DNA from: a virus
Lineage: Duplodnaviria > Caudoviricetes
DNA: 28,610 nucleotides
IMG/VR virus record: IMGVR_UViG_3300037780_000197
Span: 1 to 28,610 of that record
Direction: 5' to 3' (one strand)
Below, piece by piece: positions 9,175 through 17,541 of the stretch (positions within the stretch are counted from its first letter, which is position 1; every line of letters begins with the position of its first letter). The notes beneath the pieces are model-generated. The model saw nothing but the letters and a program-made list of their open reading frames with translations. It had not been told where the DNA came from and searched no databases. The translations under genes and the position numbers were made by a program.

Positions 9175-9675
9175 TCAGCGGGCCGCGCGTCGCAGGAACC
9201 CGTCAATAACGCGTTCAATCATGCGCTGATCGCCAGCATTGATGCCCAGATACGGCCGTGCGGGTATGTCGACCGAGGTTGGCCGCACCAGCGCATCGCC
9301 CATGCGGAACGCCAGACGTCCGCCGCCCTTGGCCTTGATCGTCCCGCCGCGCTGGTGGATGGCCGCATAGACCTTGTTGGAGCCTATCCTGACCGTGTCC
9401 CGCCCGGCAGCATGGGTCACGCTGTCGCGGAGGGCTCCGCTCTCGGTCAGGATACGCGCATTGCGCTTCGTCGCAGCGTAGACCGGGTTGAGCGCCGTCC
9501 AGGCGGCACCGTCAGGGTCGGTCTGCGTGACGAAACGGCGTTGGGTGGACCGCACCAGGCCGGTGCCGATCGCGTCCATGACAGGTTTGGTGTTGTCCAT
9601 TGCCCGCTCGAGCCGCGCGAAGCGCTCACGCACGGCGCGGTCCTCAAGTGTGACGGTCAGCGTGATCCCGGCCAT
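9175..9675 (-). CDS. Virion morphogenesis protein (Mu gpG/gp31-like)
   Basis: RRF..QTDPDG..W..L, IL..SG.LR.S, GSNKVYAAIHQ.GG and IPARPYLG motifs. Confidence 0.93.
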   Translation of the reverse strand: MAGITLTVTLEDRAVRERFARLERAMDNTKPVMDAIGTGLVRSTQRRFVTQTDPDGAAWTALNPVYAATKRNARILTESGALRDSVTHAAGRDTVRIGSNKVYAAIHQRGGTIKAKGGGRLAFRMGDALVRPTSVDIPARPYLGINAGDQRMIERVIDGFLRRAAR

Positions 9676-9677
9676 GT

Positions 9678-9706
9678 TTGACGTTTACCGCCGCCCCGCC
9701 TATCTT
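9678..9706 (+). promoter_or_regulatory. Sigma70-like promoter pointing back toward the MuF 3' end
   Basis: TTGACG (9678-9683), 17-bp spacer, TATCTT (9701-9706). Confidence 0.65.
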
Positions 9707-9710
9707 GTCG

Positions 9711-9775
9711 AGAGCGCGCCGAGCCATATTCGGATCGCCCTAGACGGGGTTTCTCTCCGGCCCCGCGGCGCGTCT
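9711..9775 (+). ncRNA. Candidate small structured RNA convergent on MuF
   Basis: Begins near the expected +1 of the promoter; outer stem AGA(G)CGCGCCG / CGGCGCGTCT and inner stem CGGGG (9745-9749) / CCCCG (9761-9765). Confidence 0.45.
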
Positions 9776-10853
9776 ATTCCCTCACCAACGGCCAGCCAAG
9801 CACCTTCGAGACCTGTTTCGGGCGCGCCCGATGCACGGTCGTGACCAGGAACTCGGCGTTGCGGGTGCGCTTGAAGCCGACCATGTGGGGCTTGCCGCCG
9901 ATCGTCACGATCGCCGACAGAAGGCCACGGGGCGAACGCCGAATGCCCGCATCCAGTGCACTGACTGCCGCCCGGGCATAGAAGCCGACGCCATGATCTC
10001 GCAGTGCCAGATGGTCCCGGATGGTCTGGGCGCTCACCCGGGCAAAGGCGCCGGGCTCCAGACCGAGCGCGCCGCGCAGTGTATCGCCGGGGTCGGCGAT
10101 CGGCAGCGACGCGCGGGCCGAGATCGACCCGTCCACGGCCGCCCGTTCGAAGGCATCCATCATCGAGCCCGTCGCCAGGCTTTCGCCGGGCCGGCCGCCC
10201 GACAGCCAGGCACGGCCGGGGTTGTAGTCGAAGCTCTGATCGACGCCGCGCGTGCCACCAGCCGGCTGATCGAGGTCGGGCGCGTGATCGGGTCGTGACT
10301 TGCCCTGGCGATCGAGATCGGCATCGTCGGCCGGGATGACGAAACAGCCGCAGCCGAACCCGTTGGGCGGATAAGCAACATCCCAGAACGGATCGTCGGC
10401 ACGGATCGTGAGCCCGTCCCAGGACAGGTGGTCGCGGCGAGGATGGACGGCGCCCGAATGGTTGTATTGCCAGTATGGCCAGACCGCGAGCGTCTCGGGC
10501 AACGTCAGCTGCGCATACCGCCCAGCGGCATAAGCGGTGCGCATGTTGGTCTCGTAGATTACCCGCGCCCGCCAGTCGCGATCGCCGGTGTGCTCCCAGC
10601 CATGTCTGGCGACGATGTCATCGAACGCAGCGCGAAACTCATCCAGCGTCGTGCCTTCGGCCAGCGCCTTGTCGATCTCGGCGCGGAAGTCGGCGACCAG
10701 CGCATCCGATGCCGCGCCGGCCACCGAAAAAGCATGGCTGTGTGCCGCGCCCTGGACGTCGAGCCAGCGTTCGGTCGGGACGTTGACCTTCTCCCGAAAG
10801 AAGTCGATTGCCTCCTCAAACGGCAGGTTCTCGACGCTTTCATCGACCGCCAT
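9774..10853 (-). CDS. MuF/gp30 head morphogenesis protein with C-terminal PBECR-like nuclease extension
   Basis: LPFEEAIDFFREK, IYETNMRTAYAAGRY, HPRRDHLSWDG, PPNGFGCGC and FDYNPG MuF motifs, followed by ~140 extra aa with a T..DH motif and VGFKRTRNAEFLVTTVHR. Confidence 0.9.
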   Translation of the reverse strand: MAVDESVENLPFEEAIDFFREKVNVPTERWLDVQGAAHSHAFSVAGAASDALVADFRAEIDKALAEGTTLDEFRAAFDDIVARHGWEHTGDRDWRARVIYETNMRTAYAAGRYAQLTLPETLAVWPYWQYNHSGAVHPRRDHLSWDGLTIRADDPFWDVAYPPNGFGCGCFVIPADDADLDRQGKSRPDHAPDLDQPAGGTRGVDQSFDYNPGRAWLSGGRPGESLATGSMMDAFERAAVDGSISARASLPIADPGDTLRGALGLEPGAFARVSAQTIRDHLALRDHGVGFYARAAVSALDAGIRRSPRGLLSAIVTIGGKPHMVGFKRTRNAEFLVTTVHRARPKQVSKVLGWPLVRE

Positions 10854-10856
10854 CGC

Positions 10857-10979
10857 TCAAGCGCCCCCGAACGGGCCATTGAAAGCTCTGGAAGCGGGTC
10901 TGGAAGGGGGTCGCGGCACGACCGGGTACATCGGCCCCGGATTGACCTCGCGCGCCTGTGCGGGCTTGTGACGCGTCAT
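10857..10979 (-). other. Portal-MuF spacer: 40-codon coupled mini-ORF and candidate strong gyrase site
   Basis: ATGA overlap with the portal stop; MTRHKPAQAREVNPGPMYPVVPRPPSRPASRAFNGPFGGA*; phased TTGAAAG/TGGAAG/TGGAAG motifs at 10879, 10889 and 10901. Confidence 0.4.
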
Positions 10980-12577
10980 CGCCGTTTCGTTTCCAGATCG
11001 TCGACAAGGCTGGCCTGGCCGGCCAGATGTGCCAGCGCCATGCCGCGCGCCATTGCGATCGACAATTGCGTCGGGTCAAGATCGAGCGCGGCAAGCCCAT
11101 CGGCCGCCTCACGGAGCGTGCGGGCCTCCGTCAGAACCAAGCGCACTTCTTCGGTCAGCCCTGCCAGAGCACCGGCGGCGTCGCGCTGCAGGCGGTCGGA
11201 CAGGCGCGCCACATCTTCGTCGGCCGGATCGGCACGGTGGCGAGAAAGCAGCAGTCGGGCCGATGCATTGGCGATGGTGCCCGGTTCGGCCGCTCCGGGT
11301 GCGGGACCGCCGCCGATCAACTCGTCACTGTCGTCGGGCGCCGGAATGCCCATGCGATCGCGCATCCATCCGGCGGGCGCCGTCAGCCCGAGCGGCGCCA
11401 GCGCGGCGAAGGCCGTGCTGAACTCGCCGAGCGGCACTTCGTCAGGCCGTCCGATCCGGACCCGCGGATAGTGATCCTGGGGTCCGAAGTTGAAGGCAAT
11501 CAGATTGGGCACGAGCTGCATGTTGACCGTGCCCGAGATCATTTTGGCGTCCGACCGCTCGATGTCTTCCTGGACCAGGCGATGTTCCTTGGCGACGGCA
11601 TGGCCGCCCGAGACGGCGTCGGTGGTCGTCGTCTGGCCGAGCACGGCCTTCGAGATCTGTCGGTCGAACCAGTCGGCCCGCTTTTCGTAGAGATCCGATG
11701 TCGAGCTCTTGTCGGTGACGCTGACGAACTCGATCGACATGCCGTTGGGCACGATGGCCGCACAGTCGCCCGCGATCTGCGAGACGGCCCGCCACAGGAT
11801 CGCCTTGTCCTCCTCGGTGGCGTTGCCGTCGTAACGGCCGAGCCGGATAGGCTGACCGTAGTTCTGGCAGAAGATCGCCCAGTCCTTGAGCGTGAACTGC
11901 TTGTACATCCAGGCCCAGCTGGCGACGCGCGCCAGTCCAGATCGGACCGTAAGTCCCGACTTCGAAGGATGCCGGTGTATCAGGAACTTGTGCCCCGCCA
12001 GCGGCACGCCCGTCGCGCCCTCCCGGAGAAGCACGGTCTCGCCATCTTCGCGGTCGAACGTGAACCAGCGCTGCGGCCGGTAGAGGAACCGGCCCGGTTG
12101 CCAGCGACCATGCATGGTCACCCAGTCGATCTCCATGATCGAAAGACCCTTGCCGATGGCATCGAGCATGTCGAACAGCGCGTCTTCAAGAATGCCCTCT
12201 GCGATCCAGTCGCGGACGAATTGGGCGTGTTTCTTGTGCACCGGGCTGTCACTTGCCTCGGTCACCGTGATCGGCAGCTGTGCGACCGATCGTTTGCGCG
12301 TCGCCATCACGCCGGCATAATGCAGATCGCGCTCCTCGATGTCCTCGGCCAGTTCGAAGTAGAGTTCCGGATCACCGGTTGCAGCCGCGCGGTGGATCAT
12401 GGCGAGGCGCGCTGGTGTCAGCCCCTCGGCCGGATGGCCCGAAATCGGCTGGCGAACCGCTCCGACGGTCGGCGTCGCGACTTCGGTGGTAAGCGCTTTG
12501 GGCGGAACTGCCCTGCCGCCTGCATCGCGAGGGCTCTTGATACGCATCAGCTCGGTGAAGGTCTTGGCCATGGTCAC
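10976..12577 (-). CDS. Portal protein (Mu gp29/DUF935-like)
   Basis: GLTPARL, EERDLHY, DAIGKG.S..EI.W, KDWAIFCQNYGQPIRLGRY and QISKAVLGQT motifs; GTGA overlap with the terminase stop (alternative ATG 12571). Confidence 0.95.
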   Translation of the reverse strand: MTMAKTFTELMRIKSPRDAGGRAVPPKALTTEVATPTVGAVRQPISGHPAEGLTPARLAMIHRAAATGDPELYFELAEDIEERDLHYAGVMATRKRSVAQLPITVTEASDSPVHKKHAQFVRDWIAEGILEDALFDMLDAIGKGLSIMEIDWVTMHGRWQPGRFLYRPQRWFTFDREDGETVLLREGATGVPLAGHKFLIHRHPSKSGLTVRSGLARVASWAWMYKQFTLKDWAIFCQNYGQPIRLGRYDGNATEEDKAILWRAVSQIAGDCAAIVPNGMSIEFVSVTDKSSTSDLYEKRADWFDRQISKAVLGQTTTTDAVSGGHAVAKEHRLVQEDIERSDAKMISGTVNMQLVPNLIAFNFGPQDHYPRVRIGRPDEVPLGEFSTAFAALAPLGLTAPAGWMRDRMGIPAPDDSDELIGGGPAPGAAEPGTIANASARLLLSRHRADPADEDVARLSDRLQRDAAGALAGLTEEVRLVLTEARTLREAADGLAALDLDPTQLSIAMARGMALAHLAGQASLVDDLETKRR

Positions 12578-14229
12578 AAGCTCCCGCGAAGACCAGGGTC
12601 GATCGTGCGCGCGGGCCGGTCGCGGTCGTGCGAGGACTGGCGCCGGTTCTTGGCAACGCGATCGACCGCGCTCTCATATCCATACTCGAACTGCGTAGAC
12701 TGGCGCGATGCGAACCAGGCCAGCGCCCCCGCGATGGCCGTATCGCCGTGCCGGTCCAAACCGTCGCTGCCCTTGAACCGGAAATCCTCGGGCACGCGGA
12801 TGTAGCCGTTGGTGTATTGCAGCGCCTGGTGGTCGCGCAGCACGTCGTCGTCCTTCGGCACGACGATGTCCTCGTCCGCAAACGCCGATTGATAGGGCGG
12901 CATCTCGAGACGAAACCACTCCGGTGTGAACTTCACCTCATGGATGCGCTCGCCGAATTCTTGCGCTGCCACTTCGGCCAGATAGGCGCCGTTGCCGCCA
13001 GCATCGAGCGCGCCAGCCAGAAAGCGCGGCAGGCGGTGGATGACATAGAAGACGATCTGGCGCTGCTGCTCGAACGGGATGTTGCGCATCTCGACAATGA
13101 AGCGAACGCGCCGGATCAGATCGAGGCCAATGGCCGGCACGACGATCGCCGACACGTCGCCGGTGCGTGCGAAGTCCTGGCCGAATGCATGCTGCTCCTT
13201 CGGGTCGAGAGCAGTCAGGATGGGCGCCAGTTCTCGCTCGCACCAATCCCTGATGTCGGCCTCGCGGATCTGTTTGGGTGCGTTTTTGAAGTCGTCGTCG
13301 CGGATCAGTCGCAGAACCGGAATGCCGGCGACCATGACGTTTTCGATCTGCACCCGCGTCAGGGCCGCGCCTTCGGCCTCTGACGGGATGGCATCGAGCT
13401 CTTGGCGCATCGCCGCGACGCGTACACCGTAGCTCTTTCGAATGCGTGCCTCCCATCGGGCTTCGGCGTCAGCCGACCATTCTCGCTGGCGGATCAGGCA
13501 AACACGCCGGTAAAGGCCGTTCTCGACGGCTTTGGAGAACGGGATGTGATGCAGCGAGAAGGGAACCTTTTCCGCCTTGGCCTCCTGGATCAGCTCGTTG
13601 AAGGCGTTCAAGACGCCATTGTGTGTCGAGATCACGCGCACCTTTCCGCCCCAGATCAGAAGCGCATTCACCGCGTCGATCACCGCGCGCACATCGCGAT
13701 GGAAAGCGGCCTCGTCCACGACCACGATGCCCTGCAGGCCACGAATGTTGGCCGGGTTGGAAGACAGTGCTTCCACGCGGAAGCCCGAGGCGAAGCGGAC
13801 ACGATAGGCCGAGATGAATTTGGTCGACCCGTCTTCCTGCTCGTCCTCGAACAGGAACTCCTCGATGTTCACGAGCTCCTTGGCGACGATCTTGGCGAAG
13901 TGCGCCACATAGCCGATGAACTCGCGCCCCTTGTCCTTCGTGTCGCCGATGTAGAAGACGTTGTCGCCGCCTGCCGATCGCTTGGAGGCCGCCGTGATCG
14001 TGTCGTCGAGTGCCTCGGCATAGGTGATCCCTGTGCGCCGCCCCTTCTCCGCCGCCTTCATGTCCGACTTGTCCTCGATCCAGTCGAGCTGGTGAGCCAT
14101 GAGGATGCCGTCCGCAAGCGGATCGTGATCGTCCGGCAGGTCGCTGCCGCGCGTGAAGTCCGGACCGAGCGCAGCCGGGTCGCGAGACATGACGGGACGG
14201 GTATTGGGCACCGTGTTTGGCGTGTTCAT
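12574..14229 (-). CDS. terL: Terminase large subunit (Mu gp28-like)
   Basis: EKGRRTGITYAEA (Walker A variant), VVVDEAAFH (Walker B), ISTHNG, GQDFARTGD and HGDTAIA nuclease motifs; ATG 14229 overlaps the upstream stop. Confidence 0.95.
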   Translation of the reverse strand: MNTPNTVPNTRPVMSRDPAALGPDFTRGSDLPDDHDPLADGILMAHQLDWIEDKSDMKAAEKGRRTGITYAEALDDTITAASKRSAGGDNVFYIGDTKDKGREFIGYVAHFAKIVAKELVNIEEFLFEDEQEDGSTKFISAYRVRFASGFRVEALSSNPANIRGLQGIVVVDEAAFHRDVRAVIDAVNALLIWGGKVRVISTHNGVLNAFNELIQEAKAEKVPFSLHHIPFSKAVENGLYRRVCLIRQREWSADAEARWEARIRKSYGVRVAAMRQELDAIPSEAEGAALTRVQIENVMVAGIPVLRLIRDDDFKNAPKQIREADIRDWCERELAPILTALDPKEQHAFGQDFARTGDVSAIVVPAIGLDLIRRVRFIVEMRNIPFEQQRQIVFYVIHRLPRFLAGALDAGGNGAYLAEVAAQEFGERIHEVKFTPEWFRLEMPPYQSAFADEDIVVPKDDDVLRDHQALQYTNGYIRVPEDFRFKGSDGLDRHGDTAIAGALAWFASRQSTQFEYGYESAVDRVAKNRRQSSHDRDRPARTIDPGLRGSL

Positions 14230-14795
14230 GAACGCACCCCCAGGACCTGCCGGCGCAGTTCGGCGGCGCGCTCCTCCGACAGCCCGGCCTCGCGGACCAC
14301 GGCCTCTGTGACCTCTTCCACCTTGTCGGCCATTTCCTGCTCGAGCTTGAGACGCCGTGCCGACGAGACCGATTGTGCTTGGGCGAAAGATCGGGCCGCC
14401 ATGGCCAGTTCCTTGGCGTCTCGCGGCGAGAAGCCTTCTTCGCCGGCCCCTTGCAGAAGTTCGAAAACGAGCGTCTTGCCGAGTTCCGAGACCATGATTG
14501 TCAGATCGTCGGAGGCGTCCTCGTTCAATCGCTCGCCGAGCGCGGAAACGATGCGATGCGTCTCTTCGATCCGCCGGGTCGTTTGCGCCAGCATCATGGA
14601 GTACCGATTGAAGGCGGACTTCGAGATCGGGTCTATGCCGAGTTGGCGTAGCTGTTCGTTGAACTCGGCGAGGATCTCGGTCTGCAGCCGCTCCCGTCTG
14701 CGCAACTCCCCGACCGCCCAAGCGATCGCGGGCTGTGCCTCGTCGGGCAGCTGGTCGATCGTTGACAGGCGGCCCCTGCCACGGCGCGCGCTCAC
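14226..14795 (-). CDS. Mu gp27-like protein (DUF3486), probable terminase small subunit
   Basis: GRGRLSTIDQLP and ISKSAFNRY motifs; immediately upstream of terL. Confidence 0.88.
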   Translation of the reverse strand: MSARRGRGRLSTIDQLPDEAQPAIAWAVGELRRRERLQTEILAEFNEQLRQLGIDPISKSAFNRYSMMLAQTTRRIEETHRIVSALGERLNEDASDDLTIMVSELGKTLVFELLQGAGEEGFSPRDAKELAMAARSFAQAQSVSSARRLKLEQEMADKVEEVTEAVVREAGLSEERAAELRRQVLGVRS

Positions 14796-14800
14796 GGCGG

Positions 14801-15121
14801 CTAGCTCCGCGCCGGCGAAGGTCGCGCAACGCCATGCAGGACCGTGCGACGCTCGACGTGATCAAGGCCGGCCTCCGTCAGTTCCGCAACAATGGCGGTG
14901 CCGGCGCGGATAAGCTTGACCGCGCCGGCATTCTCTTCCAGCCATGTCAGCTGGTTGCGCGTGAAGTCTCGGCCGCGGTTGATGGCGAACTGCTGCAGCA
15001 CCGTGGTCAGCATCTTGTCGTTGAGCCTGTAGTCGTTCTGGTCGGCTAGCGCCTTCAGGATGATCAGGCGTGCCTCGGCCGCATAATGCTCGGCATATCC
15101 TTCGAATTGTTCGGCGTTCAT
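14801..15121 (-). CDS. Mu gp26-like winged-helix protein
   Basis: RLIILKAL, QLTWLEE, and LTEAGLDHV...GVARPS motifs; synteny. Confidence 0.82.
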   Translation of the reverse strand: MNAEQFEGYAEHYAAEARLIILKALADQNDYRLNDKMLTTVLQQFAINRGRDFTRNQLTWLEENAGAVKLIRAGTAIVAELTEAGLDHVERRTVLHGVARPSPARS

Positions 15122-15504
15122 TTGCTTCCTCGCGACAGGCTGATCAGGAAATCCTCGACACGGGTGACCGACGCCTGGATGGCGATCATCTGGTTGGCGC
15201 GCGCCTGGGCCCGTTCCTCAAGCCGCGCCAGCATGGTTTGTATCTCGTGCATCTCCGCCCGCGTCGGGCGGTCTTCGAGGTCGGCCTCGATGTTGCCAAG
15301 CCGGCTTTCCAGGCCATCCAGCTTGTCGTCGATCGTGTCGAGCCGCGCCGATGCGACAACGCGCGTCCTTTCACCGGAGCCGGCCCAGCCCATTGACCGC
15401 AGCACCCAGAACAGGGCGGCACCGAGCAGGCCGAGGCCAGCGAAGACCGGACCGGCCTGATCTGCCAGCATGCGCATCAGCGCTTCGAGGGATTGGACGT
15501 CCAC
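15118..15504 (-). CDS. DUF2730-like membrane-anchored coiled-coil protein (Mu gp25 position)
   Basis: N-terminal hydrophobic segment, then RL..IEADLEDRPT..EMH and V.RVEDFL; start is GTG 15504 (GGAG SD) or ATG 15477 (TGATG overlap). Confidence 0.75.
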   Translation of the reverse strand: MDVQSLEALMRMLADQAGPVFAGLGLLGAALFWVLRSMGWAGSGERTRVVASARLDTIDDKLDGLESRLGNIEADLEDRPTRAEMHEIQTMLARLEERAQARANQMIAIQASVTRVEDFLISLSRGSK

Positions 15505-15923
15505 AGAACGAACACTCCGGCAATAAGGCAGGCCACACATAGGCTCCCGTATGTGCGCGTGGCCGTTGTTGAAAGTCCGGAGGACCCGAAAACGATTGTC
15601 AGCGTTCCGAAGAACGCGAAGCCCACGATCAGGGCCACGAACCGCAGCTCATGGTGTCTGCGGAGGATCGAGACCAGCTGAAGCGCGCTGCCGGCGAACA
15701 GCAATGTTGCCCAGACGCCGGCGCCCCACGCGGTGAAAGGCTGATAGACTTCGCGCTCGAGCAGTTCCGGATGGGTCATCATCTCAAACGCAAACCCGAA
15801 CAGGATGGCCATCGACAGCCACTCAACGAGCCGCGCCTGGTCAAAGAACACAAGGTCGACCATCCGCTGCCAGTTCCGGCCGAAGAATGCCGCGATCCGC
15901 GCCTTCGTTGCGGTACGGATCAT
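15477..15923 (-). CDS. Hypothetical integral membrane protein (~4 TM) in the lysis region
   Basis: Four hydrophobic stretches; ATGA overlap with the holin-like gene stop. Confidence 0.75.
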   Translation of the reverse strand: MIRTATKARIAAFFGRNWQRMVDLVFFDQARLVEWLSMAILFGFAFEMMTHPELLEREVYQPFTAWGAGVWATLLFAGSALQLVSILRRHHELRFVALIVGFAFFGTLTIVFGSSGLSTTATRTYGSLCVACLIAGVFVLWTSNPSKR

Positions 15924-16459
15924 CTAACCGTCCTGTCCCTGGCCAAGGCGGCAACGTTCTTGCCGAGTTCCTTCAGCGTGTGCCCGCCCATGTAAAGCGA
16001 CATGAACCAGCCGGTCAGCGTCAGAAGGATCGACCATTCGACGGCCTCGATCGGAACGACCGCGTAGGCGTTCACGATCGGCAAGATGACGATCCGCCAG
16101 ATCCAGAACCCGGCCAGTAGATACATCCAGCCCCACCGCCAGAAGCCCTTCCAGAAGCCGTCGCGCGTCTCGGCTTCAAGCAAGGCAAACTGTCCCTCAA
16201 GGCCCTTCGACCACAGTTCGAGCAGCTCCGGTGCATCGGCCTCGGCCGCCATAACGGCTTTTTCGACGCGCGTGCGATCCGTGCTCACCAGATCGGGCAA
16301 CTCTCTTGCCGGCACGCCGGCCTTGGAAGCGACGACATCGATGACGGTCCCGGCGATTTCCGCGGCACCCTTGCCGGCACGCTGCTCGATCAGTCGCTTG
16401 ACCGTCGTTGCGCCGATTTCGGCGGCAACCCCGGCGATGATAGTTCCGATCGCGCTCAT
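15920..16459 (-). CDS. Holin-like protein (3TM holin/GTA-holin type)
   Basis: FWRWGWMYLL, ILLTLTGWFMSLYMGGHTLK C-terminal hydrophobic motifs; ATG 16459 overlaps the endolysin stop. Confidence 0.7.
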   Translation of the reverse strand: MSAIGTIIAGVAAEIGATTVKRLIEQRAGKGAAEIAGTVIDVVASKAGVPARELPDLVSTDRTRVEKAVMAAEADAPELLELWSKGLEGQFALLEAETRDGFWKGFWRWGWMYLLAGFWIWRIVILPIVNAYAVVPIEAVEWSILLTLTGWFMSLYMGGHTLKELGKNVAALARDRTVR

Positions 16460-17460
16460 CGGATGCGCCCCTTTCCGGCAATGAGTGAACGGGCACCAAG
16501 GCCCACCTCGTCGCGATAGCGCCAACCCAGCCAGATCAGGGCGACCACAATGACCAGCAGACCGCCCCAGACCAGCCAGTCACCATAGCCGGTCACGTCA
16601 GCGCCGGTGGCCGTATCCGCACCGCCTGCCGCGCTCGTCGCGCCGCCGGAAACCGTGGCGCGTCCAGCCCCGCGCCGCAGATCCATCACGCGCTGGATCT
16701 GGTCGCGCGTTGCCCGACCAAGCACGCCGTCATTGGTGAGATTGGGGTGCTCGAACTGGAACGCCTTGACCGCTTTGCGGAAGTCCTTTGACGAACGCAG
16801 CATCCCGGCACTGTGACGACCGGCCGGTTTCCAGAAACCGAGCGTCTCGAGCCAGCGTGCCGCTTCAAGGAGATCGTCGTCATCAAGCCGCCAGGCCGGC
16901 AGCTTCTCGACCGCCGCGGCAACCGTCACGGTTTTGTCCGCTCCTTTAAGCCACTTCGGCCAGATGTTGTGCTCCATTATGACGGAGCCCTCCTGGCGCC
17001 GTCGAACCAGACCGGCCAGCCGCCGCCCGCCGGCCTTGGTCGCCGTGACCCGGAAACGCCGGGCTGCTTCGGCGATGTTTCCGGCCTTCAAGTGCCGCGC
17101 CCAGCTCCACTTCAGCGAGCCCGGACCGGCATTGAAGCTCATGTCCATGCCGGAGGACATTGCGTGCGGCGAAACCGAAGCATTGGCATTCTCGAAAAAG
17201 CGCCAGACGGGCGGGCCATACTCATCGTCGATCAGCAACTGCTTGACCGCGTAGATTTCGGCGTCGGTCATGGTGGCACCAGGGCCGAACCGTTGGCCCT
17301 TTCGATTGTCGGCCCACCAGCGCTTGAACGCGTGCGATCGCATGGTGAAGCCCATGCCGATGGTCGGCACACCGATCGGGTCGCGGTACCAGCGATTGAC
17401 CTTGCCCTCATTGCCGGCAAGCCAGGGGATGAGACGGAGGTCGTAAACGAGATTGGACAT
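16456..17460 (-). CDS. Endolysin: GH24-like lysozyme + peptidoglycan-binding domain + C-terminal TM helix
   Basis: EG......Y.DP.G.PTIG.G catalytic motif, GLVRRRQE, AVKAFQ..HP.L..DG..G..T PG-binding motif, WLVWGGLLVIVVALIWLGW. Confidence 0.9.
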   Translation of the reverse strand: MSNLVYDLRLIPWLAGNEGKVNRWYRDPIGVPTIGMGFTMRSHAFKRWWADNRKGQRFGPGATMTDAEIYAVKQLLIDDEYGPPVWRFFENANASVSPHAMSSGMDMSFNAGPGSLKWSWARHLKAGNIAEAARRFRVTATKAGGRRLAGLVRRRQEGSVIMEHNIWPKWLKGADKTVTVAAAVEKLPAWRLDDDDLLEAARWLETLGFWKPAGRHSAGMLRSSKDFRKAVKAFQFEHPNLTNDGVLGRATRDQIQRVMDLRRGAGRATVSGGATSAAGGADTATGADVTGYGDWLVWGGLLVIVVALIWLGWRYRDEVGLGARSLIAGKGRIR

Positions 17461-17517
17461 GGCGGATCGGACCCTGTGACGTTGCCGCGAAGCTAGGTTC
17501 GATCCCGGAAATCATTT

Positions 17518-17534
17518 AGAATGGCGCTGGCCAG
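17518..17534 (-). promoter_or_regulatory. Putative late-activator binding site upstream of the lysis operon
   Basis: CTGGC-cagc-GCCATTCT on the minus strand; candidate -10 TAGCTT at 17495-17490; same motif at 9153-9169. Confidence 0.65.
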
Positions 17535-17541
17535 CGCCTGC

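Noticed and set aside
9711-9775. Bona fide tRNA gene
   Set aside because: Too short, no canonical D or anticodon arms, no TTCRA loop or CCA end; kept only as a tRNA-shaped candidate RNA.
14195-14229. Short PNT repeat at the terminase N-terminus (MNTPNTVPNT)
   Set aside because: Low-complexity micro-duplication with no evidence of function.
14230-14865. N-terminal 212-aa extension of the terminase large subunit in the ORF track
   Set aside because: Overlaps the gp27-like gene in another frame; ATG 14229 with an ATGA overlap is the better start. The same applies to the extended starts given for MuB, gp37, gemA, ner and the HI1506-like gene.
17523-17538. Perfect 16-bp palindrome GGCGCTGGCCAGCGCC as a terminator
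   Set aside because: No loop or proper U-tract; it overlaps the shared late-promoter motif, which explains the site better.
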